Source of the DNA: Rhodobacter capsulatus SB 1003
GTDB taxonomy: Bacteria > Pseudomonadota > Alphaproteobacteria > Rhodobacterales > Rhodobacteraceae
Reading direction: 5' to 3'
NCBI RefSeq assembly: GCF_000021865.1
Contig: NC_014034.1
Span: 1,740,001-1,772,000 of the forward strand
Length of the DNA stretch: 32,000 nucleotides
Below are positions 26,938-32,000 of this stretch, one piece after another. The position numbers were made by a program, and so were the translations under genes. A model generated the notes under the pieces. The model had not been told where the DNA came from. It saw only the letters and a list, made by a program, of their open reading frames with translations, and did no database searches. Numbering within the stretch: the first letter of the stretch is position 1; the number at the start of each line of letters is the position of its first letter.

Positions 26938-27510
26938 CGCCTGTGCCTTGTCGCGGCGGTGCTGGCGCTTGGCCTTGCGGCGCCGCTGCGGGCCGAGCCG
27001 GTGGCCCCGGCGGCGGTGCCGGTGCTGACGCTCGATTTCGAGCGGCTCTTTGATGACACGCTTTGGGGCAAGGCCATCGCCGCCGAGATGACCCGCGAAT
27101 CGACGGCGCTTGCGGCGGAAAACACCCGCATCGCCGATGACCTGATCGCCGAGGAAAAGCTTCTGACCGAGCGGCGGGCAAAGCTGACGCCCGCGGCCTT
27201 TCGCGCCGAGGCCGATGCCTTTGACGAACGCGCGACCGGGATCCGGGCGGCGCAAAAGGCCAAGGCGCAGGCGTTGACGCAAAGCTTCGAGACGGCGCGG
27301 CAGGCGTTCTTCGTCGCCTCCGGGCCGCTGATCGACGAGATCCTGACCCGCCGCGGCGCGGTGATGGTGCTGGACCGGCGCGCGATCATCCGCGGCCTGG
27401 AAGCCGCCGACATCACCGAGGATCTGGCGCGGCTGATGGATGCGCGGCTGGGCGCGGGCCCCGCTGCGACGCCCGGCCCGTCCGGTTCCGGCCCGGGCGG
27501 CGGCGAATAG
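26935..27510 (+). CDS. OmpH/Skp family periplasmic chaperone
   Basis: Signal peptide [21 protein letters not shown] and a helical Ala/Glu/Arg-rich body. It sits in the canonical position after bamA. TTG is the only canonical start in the open frame. Confidence 0.7.
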   Translation: MRLCLVAAVLALGLAAPLRAEPVAPAAVPVLTLDFERLFDDTLWGKAIAAEMTRESTALAAENTRIADDLIAEEKLLTERRAKLTPAAFRAEADAFDERATGIRAAQKAKAQALTQSFETARQAFFVASGPLIDEILTRRGAVMVLDRRAIIRGLEAADITEDLARLMDARLGAGPAATPGPSGSGPGGGE

Positions 27511-27614
27511 CCGCCCATGCCGATGCGCCCCGTCCTTGCCAAGCGGGACGCGCGACGCTAGCAACGGCCAAAGGCCGCCTTTCCCGCGACAGGCCCGTTT
27601 TGGAAGGATCGAAG

Positions 27615-28076
27615 ATGAGCGAACCCGCCCCCTATACCAGCGCCGATCTGAGCCTGATCAAGCGGATCATCCCGCACCGTTACCCTTTCCTGATGGTCGA
27701 CAAGGTGCGCGACATCGTGCCTTTCGAAAGCGCGGTGGGGATCAAATGCGTGACCAACAACGAGCCGCAATTCACCGGCCATTTCCCCGAGGAACCGGTG
27801 ATGCCGGGGGTGATGATCGTCGAAGCCATGGCGCAGACGGCGGCGGTGGTCGTGGGCATTTCGATGAACGTGATCGACAAGCCGCTTGGCACCTATTTCA
27901 TGGCGATCGACGGCTGCAAGTTCCGCCGCAAGGTGGTTCCGGGCGACGTTCTTGAAATGCATGTCACGGTCAAGCGCGGCGGCGGCAAGGTGTGGAAATT
28001 CCTTGGCGAATCCTTTGTCGAGGGGCAGCTGGCGGCGACCGCCGAATTCACCGCGATGATGGATCTGAAGGGCTGA
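27615..28076 (+). CDS. fabZ: 3-hydroxyacyl-ACP dehydratase FabZ
   Basis: [22 protein letters not shown] and [14 protein letters not shown] motifs. Confidence 0.95.
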   Translation: MSEPAPYTSADLSLIKRIIPHRYPFLMVDKVRDIVPFESAVGIKCVTNNEPQFTGHFPEEPVMPGVMIVEAMAQTAAVVVGISMNVIDKPLGTYFMAIDGCKFRRKVVPGDVLEMHVTVKRGGGKVWKFLGESFVEGQLAATAEFTAMMDLKG

Positions 28077-28078
28077 CC

Positions 28079-28873
28079 ATGGCCGTTGACGCAACCGCCC
28101 GCGTGCATGTTTCCTCGGTGATCGAGCCGGGGGCGGTGATCGGCCCGGGCTGCCTGATCGGCCCCTTCTGCCACATCGGCCCCGAGGTCGTGCTGGCCGA
28201 GGGGGTGGAGCTGAAAAGCCATGTGGTGATCGCGGGCGCGACCGAGATCGGCGCGGGCACCGTGGTCTTTCCCTTTGCCTCGCTGGGGCAGATCCCGCAG
28301 GATCTGAAATTCAAGGGCGAAAAGACCCGGCTGGTGATCGGCGCGCGCAACCGCATCCGCGAATATGTGACGATGAACTGCGGCACCGAGGGCGGCGGCG
28401 GCGTGACCCGGGTGGGCGACGACGGGCTGTTCATGGCGAATTGTCACGTCGCCCATGATGTGCAGATCGGCGACCGGGTCATTTTGGTGAATTCGGTCGC
28501 GATCGCGGGCCATTGCGTCATCGAAGACGATGTGATCGTCGGCGGGCTGTCGGGCGTGCATCAATGGGTGCGCATCGGCCATGGCGCGATCATCGGTGCG
28601 CTGTCGATGGTGGCCTCGGATGTGATCCCGCATGCGCTGGTGGCGGGGCCGCGCGCGGGGCTGGAGGGGCTGAACCTTGTCGGCCTCAAACGCCGCGGTG
28701 TGGAACGTTCCGAAATTTCCGCATTGCGCGAACTTTACATGGCACTTGGCGAGGGCAACTTCCGCGAACAGGCCCGCAAACTCTCGGAAGAGGGGACAGA
28801 GAGCCGCCACGTCCGCGAAGTGCTTGATTTCATTCTTGGTCCCTCGGACCGCAGCTTCCTGACGCCGCGATGA
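28079..28873 (+). CDS. lpxA: Acyl-ACP:UDP-GlcNAc O-acyltransferase LpxA
   Basis: Hexapeptide repeats throughout. LNLVGLKRRG block and the typical 264-aa length. Confidence 0.95.
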   Translation: MAVDATARVHVSSVIEPGAVIGPGCLIGPFCHIGPEVVLAEGVELKSHVVIAGATEIGAGTVVFPFASLGQIPQDLKFKGEKTRLVIGARNRIREYVTMNCGTEGGGGVTRVGDDGLFMANCHVAHDVQIGDRVILVNSVAIAGHCVIEDDVIVGGLSGVHQWVRIGHGAIIGALSMVASDVIPHALVAGPRAGLEGLNLVGLKRRGVERSEISALRELYMALGEGNFREQARKLSEEGTESRHVREVLDFILGPSDRSFLTPR

Positions 28874-29672
28874 GCGCGGGATCTGAAACCGCGCTGATCG
28901 CCGGGGGGGCGCGCTGCCGGGGCTGCTTTTGCAGGCCGCGCCGGAAATGCTGGTCTGCGCGCTGGAAGGTCAGCCCGCGCCGGGCGGATCGGTGCTGCCG
29001 TTCCGCATCGAGCGGCTGGTGCCGTTCCTCGACGCGCTGGCCGATCGCGGCATCCGGCGCGTCTGTTTTGCGGGGGCAATGCAACGCCCGAAACTGGAGC
29101 CCGAGCTTTTCGACGCCCGCACCGCCGCGCTGGTGCCGCGGCTTCTTGGCGCGATGCGGGCGGGCGATGATGCGACGCTGCGCGCGGTGATCGCGCTTTT
29201 CGAGGACTGGGACTTCGAGGTGATCGGGGCGGATGAGATCGCCCCGGCTCTGGTGCCGGGCGACGGGCTTTTGTGCGGCAGCGTCGGCGATCAGGACCAA
29301 CTGGATGCGGCCCGCGCGGCGGAAATCGTCGCGGCTTTGGGCGCGGTCGATGTCGGCAGGGGCGGTGGTCCCCCCGGGCTTTGCCTTGGGGTCGAGGCGC
29401 TTCCGGGCACCGATGCGCTCCTTGATTTCGTCGCCGCGCATCGCGGGCTGGTGCCGATGCCGAAGGCGGGCGTCTTTTTCAAGGCGCCGAAACCGGGGCA
29501 GGATCGCCGCATCGACCTGCCCGCGCTGGGTCCGCAGACGGTGGCCAGGGTCGCCGCGGCGGGGCTTTGCGGCATTGTTTTCGAGGCGGGCGGCGTGCTG
29601 CTTCTGGACCGCGCGGCAACGATTGCGGCGGCCGAAGCGGCGGGGATCTTCCTGTGGGGGCGCTCTCCGTGA
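28870..29672 (+). CDS. lpxI: UDP-2,3-diacylglucosamine pyrophosphatase LpxI (DUF1009), frame broken at a G7 run
   Basis: ATG 28870 overlaps the lpxA stop (ATGA) and encodes MSAGSETALIAGG. The ALPGLL... continuation and the rest of the protein are in the next frame (ORF 28929-29672). The 803-nt span is not a multiple of 3. Confidence 0.8.
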
Positions 29673-30820
29673 AGCTTTTTCTCGTCGCCGGCGAAGCCTC
29701 TGGCGACAAGCTGGGCGCGGCGCTGATGGCGGCGCTGATCGACCTTGTTCCCGGTGTGACATTCGCGGGCATCGGCGGGCCGCAGATGGAAGCCCTTGGC
29801 CTGCAAAGCCTTTTCCCGATGGAAGAGCTGTCGGTCATGGGGCTGCTGGAGGTGCTGCCGAAATATCGTCAGCTGAAACGGCGCATTGCCGAGACGGCTC
29901 AGGCGGCTCTGGAGACGGCGCCGGATGCGCTGATCACCATCGACAGCCCGGATTTCTGCCTGCGCGTGGCGCGGATCGTCAAGGCCGCCCGGCCCGCGCA
30001 AAAGACCGTGCATTACGTCGCCCCCTCGGTCTGGGCCTGGCGTCCCGGGCGCGCGGCGAAGATGGCCGAGGTGATCGACCATGTTCTGGCGCTGCTGCCC
30101 TTCGAGCCGCCCTACATGACCGCCGCGGGGATGAGCTGCGATTTCGTCGGCCATCCGGTCGTGGCCGAGCCGCGGGCGACCGAGGCCGAGGCGACCGCGC
30201 TGCGCCAGACCCTGATGATCGGTCCCGATCAGCCGGTGCTGCTGTGCCTGCCCGGGTCGCGCCGCGGCGAGGTGAAGCGGCTGATGCCGCGCTTCGCCGC
30301 GACCGTTGCTGCGCTGCGGCAGGACGTGCCGGGGCTGCGCGTGCTCATCCCCACCGTGCGCGGGGTGGCGGCAGAGGTGCGCAAGATGGCTTGCCGCTGG
30401 GACGAGGTGCCGAATGTGATTTCGGACGCGGCCGAGAAGCGCGCGGCCTTTGCCACGGCCAATCTGGCGCTGGCGGCCTCGGGCACGGTCAGTCTGGAAC
30501 TGGCGGCGAACCGGGTGCCGATGGTGATCGGCTATCGGATGAACTGGCTGACGTGGCATATCACGAAGCGCGCGATGCTGATCGACACGGTGACGCTGGT
30601 CAATCTGGTGTCTGAGACCCGGGCGGTGCCGGAATTCCTCGGCCGGCCCTGTCGGCCGAAACCGATGGCGCGGGCGCTGCAGGATCTGTTGCGGGATCCG
30701 CAACGCCGCGCGGCGCAGGTTTCCGCCATGGAAACGACGATGCAGCGGCTGGGCGAGGGCGGCGCGGCCCCGGGGCTGCGTGCGGCGCAGTCGGTTCTGG
30801 CCTTCCTTCAAAGGGGCTGA
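29669..30820 (+). CDS. lpxB: Lipid-A-disaccharide synthase LpxB
   Basis: GTG start in a GTGA overlap with the lpxI stop. N-terminus VKLFLVAGEASGD, then IDSPDF, YVAPSVWAWR and LPGSR motifs. Confidence 0.9.
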   Translation: MKLFLVAGEASGDKLGAALMAALIDLVPGVTFAGIGGPQMEALGLQSLFPMEELSVMGLLEVLPKYRQLKRRIAETAQAALETAPDALITIDSPDFCLRVARIVKAARPAQKTVHYVAPSVWAWRPGRAAKMAEVIDHVLALLPFEPPYMTAAGMSCDFVGHPVVAEPRATEAEATALRQTLMIGPDQPVLLCLPGSRRGEVKRLMPRFAATVAALRQDVPGLRVLIPTVRGVAAEVRKMACRWDEVPNVISDAAEKRAAFATANLALAASGTVSLELAANRVPMVIGYRMNWLTWHITKRAMLIDTVTLVNLVSETRAVPEFLGRPCRPKPMARALQDLLRDPQRRAAQVSAMETTMQRLGEGGAAPGLRAAQSVLAFLQRG

Positions 30821-31545
30821 AGCACGACCCCTTCGGCCTGCAATTTGCTGCGCAGCAATTTCGCCATTTCAAGGGCTTGCGGGGTGTCGCCATGCAGGCA
30901 GACGGTGTCGATCCGGGCCGGGATGCGATGGCCGCTGGCGGAAAGGATCGCGCCCGCGCGCAGCATCGCCAGAATCCGCCCCGCGGCCGCTTCGGCGTCA
31001 TGCAGAACGGCACCCGGAAGCGAGCGATCGACCAGCGTCGCATCGTCATTGTAAGCGCGGTCGGCGAAAATCTCGCCCGCCCAATCGGCCTGCATCGCGC
31101 GGGCGGCGGCCTCCTGCGCCGTCGCCGAAAGCACCATCAGCTTCAGATCCGGCACGACGGCAAGCGCCGCGCCATAGCAGATGCGGGCCAGATCCGCATC
31201 TTCGGAAGTGATGTTGGACAGCGCCCCGTGCAGCTTGAAATGGCGCAATTTCAACCCCTTGGCCTGCGCCACGGCGGCCATCGCGCCGGTCTGATACGCG
31301 ATCAGATCGACCAGTTCGGGTTTCGACAGCACCATCCTGGTGCGGCCGAAATTTGCCCGGTCATCAAAGCCCGGATGCACGCCGAGGCCGACGCCCTTTT
31401 CGGCCGCCAGTGCCATCACCCGCGCCATTTCCAGCGGCCCGCCCGCATGCAGCCCGCAGCAGATATTGGCCGAGGTCACGACGTCGAGCAGCGCCGCATC
31501 CGCGCCCGCGCCTTCGCCCATGTCGGAATTGAGATCAAGTTTCAT
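30808..31545 (-). CDS. pxpA: 5-oxoprolinase subunit A (LamB/YcsF family)
   Basis: Start set at ATG 31545 (MKLDLNSDMGEG, the family N-terminus). HGALSN and CLHGDTP blocks. Confidence 0.9.
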   Translation of the reverse strand: MKLDLNSDMGEGAGADAALLDVVTSANICCGLHAGGPLEMARVMALAAEKGVGLGVHPGFDDRANFGRTRMVLSKPELVDLIAYQTGAMAAVAQAKGLKLRHFKLHGALSNITSEDADLARICYGAALAVVPDLKLMVLSATAQEAAARAMQADWAGEIFADRAYNDDATLVDRSLPGAVLHDAEAAAGRILAMLRAGAILSASGHRIPARIDTVCLHGDTPQALEMAKLLRSKLQAEGVVLQPL

Positions 31546-32000
31546 GCGTCTTCCTCGTCGCCGCGGATCATGCCCGAGATCAGTTGATAGGCCAAAAGAT
31601 CGGGAATGTCGCGCGGATCGCGGGTCAGCGGGCAGAGCAGTGGGCGGATCTGCGCCAGCCAAAGCGCCTCGGGCGGCGAGACGGTTTCGGCCGCGTCGAG
31701 CGGAATTTCGACCAGCCTCAGCGCGGTTCCGGGGCGGGCCTGCGCGGCGCGGGACAGGTCAAGCGGGATCACCGTTCCAAGGCGGGGATACCCACCGATG
31801 GTCTGGCAATCGGCCAGAAGCACAACCGCTTGTCCCGTCCCGGTCATCTGGAGGTCCCCCGGGCCGATGAAATCCGACAGCAACCCCGAGGTTTCCGTGG
31901 CAAAGGGGCCGCCGTCCTGAAGCAGCGCCAGCCCCTGACGGCTGGCCGGACCGGCGCGAAACCGGGTGGCAAAGGCGCGGGCCCGCGTTTCGGGCGCGAA
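31542..32000 (-). CDS. pxpC: 5-oxoprolinase subunit C (KipA/allophanate hydrolase subunit 2 family), 5' end outside window
   Basis: In frame to the window edge. QTIGGYPRLGTVIPLDLSRAAQARPG matches the family C-terminus. ATGA overlap with the pxpA start. Confidence 0.8.
   Translation of the reverse strand, partial: FAPETRARAFATRFRAGPASRQGLALLQDGGPFATETSGLLSDFIGPGDLQMTGTGQAVVLLADCQTIGGYPRLGTVIPLDLSRAAQARPGTALRLVEIPLDAAETVSPPEALWLAQIRPLLCPLTRDPRDIPDLLAYQLISGMIRGDEEDA

Noticed and set aside
24433-27564. 1043-aa ORF on the minus strand, opposite bamA and the skp-like gene
   Set aside because: Same shadow-ORF composition, while the plus strand encodes an unmistakable BamA.
28903-28909. G7 run in lpxI as a programmed frameshift or phase-variation switch
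   Set aside because: The gene is expected to be essential. Other frame breaks occur nearby in unrelated genes, including essential rseP, so a technical indel is the simpler explanation. Read-level data would decide.
29358-29378. Odd GRGGGPPG segment in LpxI where I expected a G-Q-G-A-V-V-like motif; an alternative frame reads GAVVPPG
   Set aside because: Restoring the expected motif would need three separate indels within about 20 nt, and my memory of the orthologous motif is not reliable. I leave it as an unverified suspicion of a further local sequence error.
1-32000. Scan for tRNA, rRNA, CRISPR arrays, IS elements, integrases, prophage genes, toxin-antitoxin pairs or known defence genes
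   Set aside because: I found no cloverleaf-like or rRNA-like segments, no regularly spaced direct repeats, no transposase or recombinase motifs, and no compositionally distinct island apart from the short 5690-5930 AT-richer patch.

Overview
GC-rich alphaproteobacterial chromosomal core, Rhodobacterales-like by gene content and protein signatures (no database search was possible). I see no tRNA, rRNA, CRISPR array, transposase, integrase or recognisable defence island, and no convincing novel multi-gene system. Gene order: partial M32 carboxypeptidase; a minus-strand run of DUF2927/TPR lipoprotein, CoxE-like VWA protein, M48 Zn-protease and a GHSSG membrane hydrolase-like protein; a minus-strand small protein / MetF-type reductase / pterin-binding methyltransferase operon; ppx-rlmE; a GAF-HTH regulator plus aldehyde dehydrogenase; a Cache-HAMP chemoreceptor; a UPF0114 protein with an AraC regulator; miaA; then the conserved block pyrH-frr-uppS-cdsA-dxr-rseP-bamA-skp-fabZ-lpxA-lpxI-lpxB; and convergent pxpC-pxpA. 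Observations worth a second look: (1) a nested-palindrome intergenic repeat family with three copies; (2) reading-frame breaks, mostly at G/C homopolymers, in lpxI, rseP (a compensated pair), the DUF2927 lipoprotein and the AraC regulator. Because essential genes are hit, these look more like assembly indels than pseudogenisation. (3) An orphan non-coding island with three plus-strand hairpins ending in T6, a candidate sRNA; (4) a 57-aa single-TM ORF with a strong SD between rseP and bamA; (5) several uncharacterised proteins in possible operons. The long Arg/Pro/Gly-rich ORFs antisense to real genes are high-GC shadow ORFs. Product calls rest on motifs I recognise by eye.
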